Source: Actinobacteria bacterium HGW-Actinobacteria-7 (GTDB lineage Bacteria; Actinomycetota; Coriobacteriia; Anaerosomatales; PHET01). From it: a stretch of 64,000 nt of DNA. The position numbers and the translations under genes are program-made. Where the stretch lies: assembly GCA_002841275.1 (NCBI GenBank), contig PHET01000002.1:19181-83180 (forward strand), given 5' to 3'. Below, piece by piece: positions 23,666-33,262 of the stretch. The stretch's first letter is position 1. The number at the start of each line of letters is the position of its first letter. Below the pieces are notes generated by a model. It was not told the origin of the DNA and did no database searches. It saw nothing but the letters and a program-made list of their open reading frames with translations.

Positions 23666-23765
23666 GTTCAGACACCTCCGATAGCGCCTTGGTTTCCGAC
23701 CAAGGCTGGACAGCCCGCGTAGTGTATCACCGCTTACCAAGCGCAGCAACGGATACGAGGCTGTT

Positions 23766-25105
<1,340 letters not shown>

Positions 25106-25109
<4 letters not shown>

Positions 25110-25768
25110 GCGTTCTTCACCTTCTCCCAGTCAGCAAGGAAGGACTCGAGCCCACGGTCGGTCAACGGGTGCTTCACGAGGTTCTTCAGTACAGCGAACG
25201 GCACGGTAGCGATGTCAGCGCCCATGAGGGCGGCCTGCGTGACGTGATTGGCCGAGCGAATCGACGCGGCGATCACCTCGACATCGTGGCCGAAGTCGTA
25301 GTTCGCGAGTGCCGTGACCACCTGAGAAAGCTGGTCGATGCCGTCCTCGGAGATGTCATCGAAGCGCCCCACGAACGGCGAGATGTACGAGGCACCCGAG
25401 CGGGCCGCGAGCATCGCTTGGGGAACGGTGAAGCACAGCGTCATGTTGACCTTGATGCCCTTGTCGGAAAGCGCCTTGGTGGCGGCGAGTCCTTCAGGCA
25501 TCGTGGGCACCTTGACGATGAGGTTCGGGGCGATTGCGGACAGCGCCTCACCCTCGCGCACGATCTCGTCCCGATGCAGCCCAACCGTCTCTCCGCTGAC
25601 CGGGCCATCGACGATATCGCAGATGCGCTTGAGGTGGTCGTGGAAGTCCGCGAGCTTGCCACCCTCGCGTGCGTACAGCGTCGGGTTGGTGGTCACTCCC
25701 GCGAGTACACCCCAACTCGCCGCCTCTTCGATCTCGGCGATATTCGCCGTGTCCAAGAAGAACTTCAC
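25106..25768 (-). CDS. tal: Transaldolase / fructose-6-phosphate aldolase family (short type)
   Basis: FFLDTAN, GVTTNPT, VKVP (Schiff-base Lys), SPFVGR, AASIR, HPLTDRGL. Confidence 0.93.
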
Positions 25769-25821
25769 TTAGCCGTTCCTTTCGTTCGTGTCACCGGTCC
25801 TTGTTGACCGGCCCCTGTCGT

Positions 25822-26724
25822 TCAGTTTTCGATTGCGGCGGTGACGACGTACTCGAGCACATCCGCCACGGTTCGGTCCAGCTGGTGGCTGTAGACCACC
25901 GGAATACCGTTCTCACGCGCCAACTCTTCGATGTAGCTGCCAAGCACCCGTATGCTTTCGAACCCCGCACGGTATCTATCGAGGGGTCGCGATCCTTCGG
26001 TCTGCGCTTCTCGGATGTGGAAATGGCTCAGATGGGAATCCTCATCGTTCACACCGATGACGAGCTGAACCACACGAGCACCTTCGAAGCTACGGGGATC
26101 AAGGTATCCCGGCACGAGGTGAATTCCCTCGATGACCATCGACGTTCCCTCGAGGACAGCTCTGGCGATGAGTGACTTCACACCCGAAGACACAACGGCA
26201 GTCTGTTCGCGGAAGCCGACGATGACGGGATTGGCGCCCTGTGGCACCGGGACTCTCAGACCCTTCCACGCATTGAACGCGCTTTCGTGCACCGCGGGCA
26301 TGAGGTCTTGGCTGAATATACCACGCATGACTTCTCGAATGGAATCCGTTGAAGATATACGTGTGATTCCCAGCCGGTGGGCCACCTCCGTGGCGATCGT
26401 GGACTTGCCCACACCGGTGGTGCCACCCACAAGCACGATGAGCGGACGATCGAGCCGAGACACGTCGCCGATCCGCAGGTAGCGGCGGGCGTAGTCCTCA
26501 CCGGCCATCGACTTCAGATACTCGGTGGTCATCTCGCGCAGGCGCTTGCTCGAGACCTTCAGTTCGTCTCTTCCGCGCAGGTCGTCTTGGACCTGCTTCG
26601 CAATCACGTACGCACGACTGGGTGGCAGACCCGTCGCCATGAGCGACTGCGCCAGGAGTCCCTTGCTGAACGGAAGGTCGTGCGCCTTGTCCGTGATGGT
26701 GATAATGGCCCCAGGTTCGGACAT
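25822..26724 (-). CDS. pgk2: 2-phosphoglycerate kinase (ATP-cone + P-loop), archaeal cDPG-pathway type
   Basis: PFSKGLLAQSL ATP-cone-like N-terminus, GGTTGVGKST, STDSIREVMR, EGIHLVPG; start overlaps cpgS stop (TGATG). Confidence 0.9.
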   Translation of the reverse strand: MSEPGAIITITDKAHDLPFSKGLLAQSLMATGLPPSRAYVIAKQVQDDLRGRDELKVSSKRLREMTTEYLKSMAGEDYARRYLRIGDVSRLDRPLIVLVGGTTGVGKSTIATEVAHRLGITRISSTDSIREVMRGIFSQDLMPAVHESAFNAWKGLRVPVPQGANPVIVGFREQTAVVSSGVKSLIARAVLEGTSMVIEGIHLVPGYLDPRSFEGARVVQLVIGVNDEDSHLSHFHIREAQTEGSRPLDRYRAGFESIRVLGSYIEELARENGIPVVYSHQLDRTVADVLEYVVTAAIEN

Positions 26725-28076
26725 CACAATTCCCCTCCGATACGCATCCGGCCGCGCTTGATTGCGAGCCGCGCCGCAGCGTCGACCAGTTCCCCAAGAT
26801 CCTGCCCATCCACGGCCACTGGAACGTTGTCGCACAGAACCGTGGGGACTCCTGCTTCCTCCCCCGCTTCTGCGACCACGTCGATTGCAGCCGCTTTGAG
26901 TTCGGTAACCAGCGTGTCGAACTCACCGGCATACCGGAGCAGATCCTCCCTCAGTCGTGATCGATCGCTGAGGTTGGTACTGACCGCGACGACGTGTGCG
27001 CCGTACTCCTCGGCCAGATACTCGCCTAGCTTGCCCGCGATGGCAGCAGGGGCCGTGGTCGCGAAGAGCACCCTTCGTCCGGCTATCGGTTGCAGCGGAA
27101 CAGGGCGCAGCGTCGTGGCCACAACCGGTAGCTCGGGCGCGATGCGCGCAATCTCCTCGCGGATGCGCTCTACGTCGTGAGCCGACGCTACAGGCTCCTC
27201 GGCCGAGGAGATCACCGCCAGGTCCGCTCGGGAGATGCGGTATGGCCCGAAATAGTCACTGACGTAGCCGGCACCACGGCCCGCCCCGATGACGAGGACC
27301 GACGCATCGGCAAAGACCGGCGGAATCGCCGATCCGGAGCCTTCGAGCACGAGCAGCTCCTTGCCAAGCGAGTCTGCCAGAATCGCTCCCTCGGGCACGT
27401 TGCTGAAGAAGGTCTCCCCCGCCATCCCGCCGCCGCACCGCCGGCATCCTACCGTTGTCACGCGGCTCATGACCGCGTCTTCGTAGTTGTCGCTCGAGGC
27501 GTGCTCACCCTGGCGGGCGAGTTCCAACAGGTCCGGCGTCGTGAGCTCGACCTGGTCTCCGTGGATGAGCTCGGGCTGCGCGGGACCGCCCCGACCCATG
27601 GCCAGTACAACGATATCGAGTCCGGCCGCCTTGAGCTGCCGAGCCACAAAAGCCGATACCGCGGTCTTTCCCACCCGCTTGCCGGTCCCGATGATGCCCA
27701 GCGCAGGCGTGGAAGTGCGCACGCGATCGACCGGGGCCGTGAACACGAAGTCCGCGCCACGATAGTCGACGCCCAGCGACAACGCGAGCGAAGCCAACCT
27801 GAGCCGGTCCGCCGAGGAGACCACTGGCTCATCCGAGAGGTCGACCACCTCGTCGGGAGCATACTGTTCCAGTGCCGCGCGCACCGCGTCCTCGGGAGTC
27901 GCGCCCGTGATCAGCGGCACCCCGTAGGTGGTCGAACCGCGGTCGAGATCGACCTTCTCGGTACCGCCCAGGAATACCGCCGCAACGACCTCGCACTCAT
28001 GAGCGAGCTCGCCCAGCGCGAACCGCACGACCGGCGGGTAGTGCTCCCCGTCGATGAGCGCCACCGCGCGCTTCAC
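26724..28076 (-). CDS. cpgS: Cyclic 2,3-diphosphoglycerate synthetase
   Basis: IDGEHYPPV, GGTEK, DLSDEPV, GTGKRVGKT, MGRGGP, HASSD, GCRRCGGGMAG, EGSG, TELKAAAIDVV match the CpgS family as I recall it. Confidence 0.9.
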   Translation of the reverse strand: MKRAVALIDGEHYPPVVRFALGELAHECEVVAAVFLGGTEKVDLDRGSTTYGVPLITGATPEDAVRAALEQYAPDEVVDLSDEPVVSSADRLRLASLALSLGVDYRGADFVFTAPVDRVRTSTPALGIIGTGKRVGKTAVSAFVARQLKAAGLDIVVLAMGRGGPAQPELIHGDQVELTTPDLLELARQGEHASSDNYEDAVMSRVTTVGCRRCGGGMAGETFFSNVPEGAILADSLGKELLVLEGSGSAIPPVFADASVLVIGAGRGAGYVSDYFGPYRISRADLAVISSAEEPVASAHDVERIREEIARIAPELPVVATTLRPVPLQPIAGRRVLFATTAPAAIAGKLGEYLAEEYGAHVVAVSTNLSDRSRLREDLLRYAGEFDTLVTELKAAAIDVVAEAGEEAGVPTVLCDNVPVAVDGQDLGELVDAAARLAIKRGRMRIGGEL

Positions 28077-28897
28077 TCCGGCTCCCCTTCGCCGAGAAGC
28101 TCGTAGCCACCTGCAGGCGGACCTTCGTTTTCACGCCACCGACAGTAGCGCTTGTTCACGTCATGGAAGTCCGCCACTACCTGAGCGTCGACATACGGCT
28201 CTTTCAGAAGCACACGCACGTGTGAGTCCTCGCGAATCTCGATGACGTTGTAGCAGGGGCGCACCTTGCCGCGCAACCGGTGGGTGCAGCACGTGCCGGC
28301 GTTGACGATGAGCATGTCCTCAAGCCGCCAGACGTTGGGAACATGCTTGTGCCCACACAACACCAGATCGACTCCGTTGTTCGCGAGTACCCGCAGAAGA
28401 TCGCCAGCGTCGTGGACGATGTTGCGCTCACGCCCCGTTCCCGGCACAGGCACCAGGTGGTGGTGCATGGCGAGAACCTTGAACCCGTCGGTGGATTTCG
28501 CGAAACGCTCCTCTATCCATGTGTAGCGCTCGCGCCCCACCCGACCGGTGTCCAGGTCCGGTTCGCTCGAATCGATGCCCAAGATGTGGGCATCCCGGTA
28601 TGCCAACTCGGTGCTGCGCGACCCGAAGAGTTCGGTGAAGTGCTCATCACCCACATTCCTCGCGTCATGGTTGCCCAGCAGCACGACCCTTCTATTGCAG
28701 GCGATGCGCTCGATCAGACTGTGAGCCGCCTCGAACTCGTGCCTGAACCCCATGTCAGTGAGATCCCCCGTCACCACCACGATGTCGGGGCACAGCAGAT
28801 TGAGTTCGTCGATCACCCGCTTGGCGAGCGAGGGGATGTGATACCGCGACCCGCAGTGCAGGTCGGAGATGTGGGCGATGACCGTCGGCTCACTCAC
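28073..28897 (-). CDS. Calcineurin-like metallophosphoesterase (Icc/CpdA-like)
   Basis: All five metal motifs: SDLH, TGDLTD, GNHD, MHHH, GHKH; GTGA overlap with cpgS. Confidence 0.9.
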   Translation of the reverse strand: MSEPTVIAHISDLHCGSRYHIPSLAKRVIDELNLLCPDIVVVTGDLTDMGFRHEFEAAHSLIERIACNRRVVLLGNHDARNVGDEHFTELFGSRSTELAYRDAHILGIDSSEPDLDTGRVGRERYTWIEERFAKSTDGFKVLAMHHHLVPVPGTGRERNIVHDAGDLLRVLANNGVDLVLCGHKHVPNVWRLEDMLIVNAGTCCTHRLRGKVRPCYNVIEIREDSHVRVLLKEPYVDAQVVADFHDVNKRYCRWRENEGPPAGGYELLGEGEPE

Positions 28898-28918
28898 GTC
28901 GGACCCCCTCGTCTGTGC

Positions 28919-29971
28919 CTACCGCGGCAGCGCGCTGCGCACTGCCGCGTCACGGTTTCCGGACAACGCCTCGAGATTCCCAAGCTGGCGCGAGATACCC
29001 AGAAGCGAACCCAGCAGGTCGCCGAACTGGTCCTCGTAGGTGATGGTCTCGTACTTCCCCTTGATACCGCCGCGTTTGGCCGCCGCGTCCATCGCATCCT
29101 GATAGGTCCCGAGCCTGTCGATCAGTCCGAGCTTCTTTGCCTCTTCGCCGTTCCACGCCCAGCCGGTGGCCATGCTCTCCACCTGCGATCGGGGGAGACT
29201 GCGCCCCTCGGCGACGATATCGATGAACTGCCCGTAGGCCTCATTGACCGAACCCTGTATGAGCGCGCGTTCTTCTTTTGAGAGCGGCCGGTAGAGACTG
29301 CCCGCGTCCTTGTACTTCCCTGCAGTGATGACCTGGAAGTTGACTCCGACCTTGCCGAGCAGCGCTCCCACGTTGGGAATCTCCGAGATCACACCGATGC
29401 TTCCAACCGCCGAGCCGGGCATCGCCCATATCTCATCTGATTGTGACGCGATCATGTACGCCCCCGACGCGCCCACATCGCCCACCGACACAACGACAGG
29501 CTTCGAGCACTGCTTGATGTAGCGCGCGATCTCCTCGCTTGCAGCGACCGTCCCTCCGGGAGAGTCGACCCGCAAGACTATCGCCTTGACCCGTACGTCT
29601 TCCTCGGCGCGCTTGAGCAGCTCGTAGAAGTATTCCGGGGTCACTACACCGCTCACATTCGAGCCAGAGCCGGCGATCACTCCATCGACATGGATGACGG
29701 CTACTGCTCCTCCGCCGCCTGTCGCACCGGAGTTGAAGCCCTTCCCAGCCAGAAGAACGAAGGGTATCGTGCACGAACCGACGATGAGCAGCATCAGAAG
29801 CGCGACTCCCAGCGTCCACCAGATCCACGCCTTGCTACGCCGCGGCACAGCGGACGTGACCGACGGCACCGCGGTCACATAGGCCGGAACTACGCCCACC
29901 TGCTGCGGAACCGTCGGAATCCTGGACGTGCCGGCTTCAGGTGGGATCGGGGGGTGACCTTGGTCAGCCAT
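28919..29971 (-). CDS. sppA: Signal peptide peptidase SppA (S49)
   Basis: One TM, RVDSPGG, ASGAYMIA, GSIGV, GKYKD, GLIDRLG. Confidence 0.92.
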   Translation of the reverse strand: MADQGHPPIPPEAGTSRIPTVPQQVGVVPAYVTAVPSVTSAVPRRSKAWIWWTLGVALLMLLIVGSCTIPFVLLAGKGFNSGATGGGGAVAVIHVDGVIAGSGSNVSGVVTPEYFYELLKRAEEDVRVKAIVLRVDSPGGTVAASEEIARYIKQCSKPVVVSVGDVGASGAYMIASQSDEIWAMPGSAVGSIGVISEIPNVGALLGKVGVNFQVITAGKYKDAGSLYRPLSKEERALIQGSVNEAYGQFIDIVAEGRSLPRSQVESMATGWAWNGEEAKKLGLIDRLGTYQDAMDAAAKRGGIKGKYETITYEDQFGDLLGSLLGISRQLGNLEALSGNRDAAVRSALPR

Positions 29972-30074
29972 CAGGCGCCCTTTCGAGGATTTGAGCACCA
30001 CCGAATGTCAGATGGGGTGCGGGGATACAGATGATTCTTCCCCAGCAAGGGGGGTCGGTCAATCACGCGAGGCC

Positions 30075-30992
30075 TTAGAGCAGCCGTGCCCCTGTGCGAT
30101 CCACTCTCAGCGCCTGCGGTGCGCGGCGCGTCCCAAGTGCACGAATGCGCTCGGCCGCCCTGTCGGCGACCTGCTGCGCAAGAGCGTGTGCGAGTTCATC
30201 AGTGTCGCCTGCAACCAGCCCGATCACCGTGGGCCCTGCGCCGGAAAGGGCCACTCCGGCTGCGCCGGAGTCTCTCAGGATGTCATGGACCTCTCTCAGG
30301 TCAGCGACCGCAGCGGCCCGGTACGGCTCATGCAGTCGGTCCGCAAGTGCGGCACCCAGAAGCTCCGGTCTGCCCACCGCGATGGATGCCGCGAGAAGTC
30401 CTGCGTGAGCCACATTGAACGCCGCATCTTCGTGGGGCACTGCGTCAGGCAACATCGCGCGGGCCACGCGCGTAGCGAGCTCGGCGATCGCGGGCACTAC
30501 GACTGCCGCGAGACCGCGTGCAGGCTCAAACCGCGCGAAACGCGGGCCACCAACATCGGTCCAACATACGGTGAAACCACCCACGAGCGCTGCGGCGACG
30601 TTGTCCGGGTGCCCCTCGATCTCTGTGGCCAGCTCAAGAACCCGCTGCTCTCCAAAATCGACGCCGACAAGTGCCTGACCCAGCAAGAGTCCCGCGATGA
30701 TGGCTGTTGAGGACGAACCCAGTCCCGAACCCGTGGGCACCTGATTGACGCAGCCTATCTCGGCCCGCAGCTCGGGGTGCCCTGCCTCGGCGAACGCGCG
30801 CGCCATGGCCACAGCGGCAAGGTTGGTTCCGTCGGTTGCCAGCGCGCCGGCTCCCGCACCCGAAACCACGACTCGCCACTCAGGCGCGAGTTCCGCCTCG
30901 AAGCGGTTGTGCAGATCCAAGGCGAGGCCGAAGCTATCGAACCCCGGACCGAGGTTGGCCGATGTAGCCGGAACGAGAACCGCAGCTCCCAT
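30075..30992 (-). CDS. thrB: Homoserine kinase
   Basis: VPATSANLGPGFD, PTGSGLGSS, EGHPDN, SGAGPT. Confidence 0.96.
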   Translation of the reverse strand: MGAAVLVPATSANLGPGFDSFGLALDLHNRFEAELAPEWRVVVSGAGAGALATDGTNLAAVAMARAFAEAGHPELRAEIGCVNQVPTGSGLGSSSTAIIAGLLLGQALVGVDFGEQRVLELATEIEGHPDNVAAALVGGFTVCWTDVGGPRFARFEPARGLAAVVVPAIAELATRVARAMLPDAVPHEDAAFNVAHAGLLAASIAVGRPELLGAALADRLHEPYRAAAVADLREVHDILRDSGAAGVALSGAGPTVIGLVAGDTDELAHALAQQVADRAAERIRALGTRRAPQALRVDRTGARLL

Positions 30993-30996
30993 GCGA

Positions 30997-32283
30997 CTAG
31001 ATATCTTCTACACGGATGACGGCTGCAGTACGCGACACCACGTCAAGCGCCTCGATCTCGGACAAGGCCGAGCGCACAGACGCTTCACGGGCACAGTGCG
31101 TGACGTACACGATTTCGGCCACGCCCTCCTCCGCCCGCTTCTGGATGACCGAGGCGATCGACACCTCATGGGCGCCAAACACACTCGCGACGGCCGCGAG
31201 CACGCCGGGCTTGTCGGCGACTTCGAGCCGGATGTAGTAGCCGGTTTCGAGATCTGCGATGTCGCGCAGAGGCAGCACCTCGGTGCAGGTGCACCCCACA
31301 GTGGGCGCGCTGCCGCTCTGGATGCGACGAGCGACCTCGATCAGGTCGCCCACCACAGCAGAAGCAGCAGGCAGTGAGCCTGCACCCTCGCCAAAGAACA
31401 TCGTCTCACCCACAGAGTCGCCCACCACGTAGATCGCGTTGTAGACGCCGTTGACACTAGCGAGAGGGTGAGACGTGCGGATCATCGTAGGATGAACGCG
31501 AATATCGACACCGGAGTCGGTACGGCGTGCGATTGCGAGCAGCTTGATGGTGCTGCCCATCTCGCGCGCATAGGCGATATCGGCGGGTGAGAGCGAGCGG
31601 ATTCCCTCGGTGGGAACCTGACTCATCACGACCCGGCTGTTGAAGGCGATGGAAGCCAGAATGGCAATCTTGGCAGCGGCGTCGTGGCCGTCCACGTCTG
31701 CGGTGGGATCCGCCTCCGCGAAGCCGCGGGCCTGCGCCTCGGCGAGCACCGTATCGTAGTCGAGCCCGTCGTCGGCCATACGGGTGAGCATGTAGTTGGT
31801 TGTGCCGTTGACGATTCCCATCACGGTGACGATCTCGTTGCTGGTCAGGGAGTGCTTGAGCGGTTCGATGATGGGGATTCCGCCGCCGACCGATGCTTCG
31901 AAGCGGATGTCGACGCCCGAGGCTTCCGCCGCCACCATCACCTCTTCGCCTGAGGTCGCCATCAGCGCCTTGTTGGCGGTCACGACGCTCTTGCCGGACG
32001 CGAGCGACTTCAGTACGACGTCACGCGCGATACCCGTCCCGCCGATAAGCTCGATGATCACATCGAGTGACGGATCGTCGATGAGCGCCTGGGCATCATC
32101 GGAGCACGCCTCGGCGGCAAGGCCTAGATCAGCGAAGCGGGCAGTATTGCGATCGGCGAACCGGGCCAGCTCGATATCGACTCCGGCACGACGTCGGAAG
32201 TCCTCACGATGACGGCCCAGGATCTCTATGACACCGGATCCAACGGTGCCAAGGCCGATAAGACCAACACGGATGGTGCGCAT
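30997..32283 (-). CDS. hom: Homoserine dehydrogenase with C-terminal ACT domain
   Basis: GLGTVG, VVTANK, FEASVGGGIP, NGTTNY, EADPTADVDG, DKPGVLA. Confidence 0.96.
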   Translation of the reverse strand: MRTIRVGLIGLGTVGSGVIEILGRHREDFRRRAGVDIELARFADRNTARFADLGLAAEACSDDAQALIDDPSLDVIIELIGGTGIARDVVLKSLASGKSVVTANKALMATSGEEVMVAAEASGVDIRFEASVGGGIPIIEPLKHSLTSNEIVTVMGIVNGTTNYMLTRMADDGLDYDTVLAEAQARGFAEADPTADVDGHDAAAKIAILASIAFNSRVVMSQVPTEGIRSLSPADIAYAREMGSTIKLLAIARRTDSGVDIRVHPTMIRTSHPLASVNGVYNAIYVVGDSVGETMFFGEGAGSLPAASAVVGDLIEVARRIQSGSAPTVGCTCTEVLPLRDIADLETGYYIRLEVADKPGVLAAVASVFGAHEVSIASVIQKRAEEGVAEIVYVTHCAREASVRSALSEIEALDVVSRTAAVIRVEDI

Positions 32284-32399
32284 GGAGAACCTCCGGGAGA
32301 CGTTGTTGAGACGCACTGAATGGCGTGCAGCCTATTCTACCCGAGAGTGGCCGCGAGCCACCGGTCAGACGGACAAGACCCGCCGACGCACCGCAGCCG

Positions 32400-32792
32400 C
32401 TACGGTGAGCCCTTGGCCCAGTGCAGGTACTCAGCCAGGTCGGCCTCTCGCGCCTCAGGCGTACCAAGCTCCAGTTCACGCCGATACTCCGCGGCGGCGA
32501 TAAGATCACGCGGCTCCATCCGCGCCACACCGACCCACATCTCAAGCTTGGCCAGATTGCCATCGCTGACCTTAAGCGCCGCCAGCATCAGCCGACACGC
32601 AGTCTCGTCCGCTTCCTCACCGCAGTCCGGTGCAGGAGCGAGATCGGCGAGATAGACAGCGGCGTGCGTGTGGGCGGGCGCGGGGAAGCATTCGCGCAAC
32701 CGCGCATTCACTGTCCGAGAATCCCAAAACGACGCCTTGTACCCGAGCTCATCAGGGTGGTTCGGTTCCGGCGTCTCCACGCTGCTACTCAA
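32400..32792 (-). CDS. Hypothetical protein (130 aa)
   Basis: Fills the gap between hom and the thioredoxin gene; TTG start overlaps the upstream stop; protein-like helical composition (RLMLAALKVSDG...RDLIAAAEY). Confidence 0.65.
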   Translation of the reverse strand: MSSSVETPEPNHPDELGYKASFWDSRTVNARLRECFPAPAHTHAAVYLADLAPAPDCGEEADETACRLMLAALKVSDGNLAKLEMWVGVARMEPRDLIAAAEYRRELELGTPEAREADLAEYLHWAKGSP

Positions 32793-33201
32793 GACCCTTG
32801 TCGATGAATGTGCGCAGGGTCGAGGCGTCGGCCGCGCCGTCTAGCCGGGCAATCTCGGTCCCATTCGTGGCGACGATTATCATCGACGGAAGGGTGGTCA
32901 CCCGATGATCGTCAGCGATCTTCGCACTTGACTCGTCTGTGTTCACCGCGCCGTAGATCACGAACTCGACCTTTCCCGCATACTCTGACTGTAACCCGTT
33001 GACCACGGGCCTCATCTCAGCGCACGAGGGTCAACTTGGGTCGCCGAATATGTATAGCGTAGGCAGCCCGGAAGCCGATGGCGCCCACACCGTTCCGGGC
33101 GCGGCCCCGTCAGCCACCTGTGTCGAGACGCAGCCCCCCGCACCCACAACAAGCAGCGCGAGGAACGCCATCATCACCAATATCGTGCGGAGCCTGATCA
33201 T
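32785..33201 (-). CDS. Probable selenocysteine-containing lipoprotein thioredoxin (UxxC), 138 aa
   Basis: ATG 33201 gives MIRLRTILVMMAFLALLVVGAGGC (lipoprotein-like signal)...LPTLYIFGDPS-[TGA 33031-33033]-PSCAEMRPVVNGL...TTLPSMIIV. The frame continues into the 76-aa ORF-track fragment, and TGA occupies the first Cys of CxxC. Confidence 0.85.
32993..33011 (-). promoter_or_regulatory. Putative bacterial SECIS element
   Basis: mRNA GGCCCGU-GGUCA-ACGGGUU: 7-bp stem with a G-first apical loop starting 26 nt after the UGA. Confidence 0.7.
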
Positions 33202-33262
33202 CGATCAAGCATACCCGAGCCGAGCCGACGCGTGAACGCCGCGCCGCTCCTCCCGCCGAGCC

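Noticed and set aside
32785-33201. Thioredoxin gene as a nonsense-mutated pseudogene
   Set aside because: The single stop is TGA, falls exactly on the redox Cys position and is followed by a SECIS-like hairpin, and both halves look intact. Sec recoding is the better explanation, though unproven.
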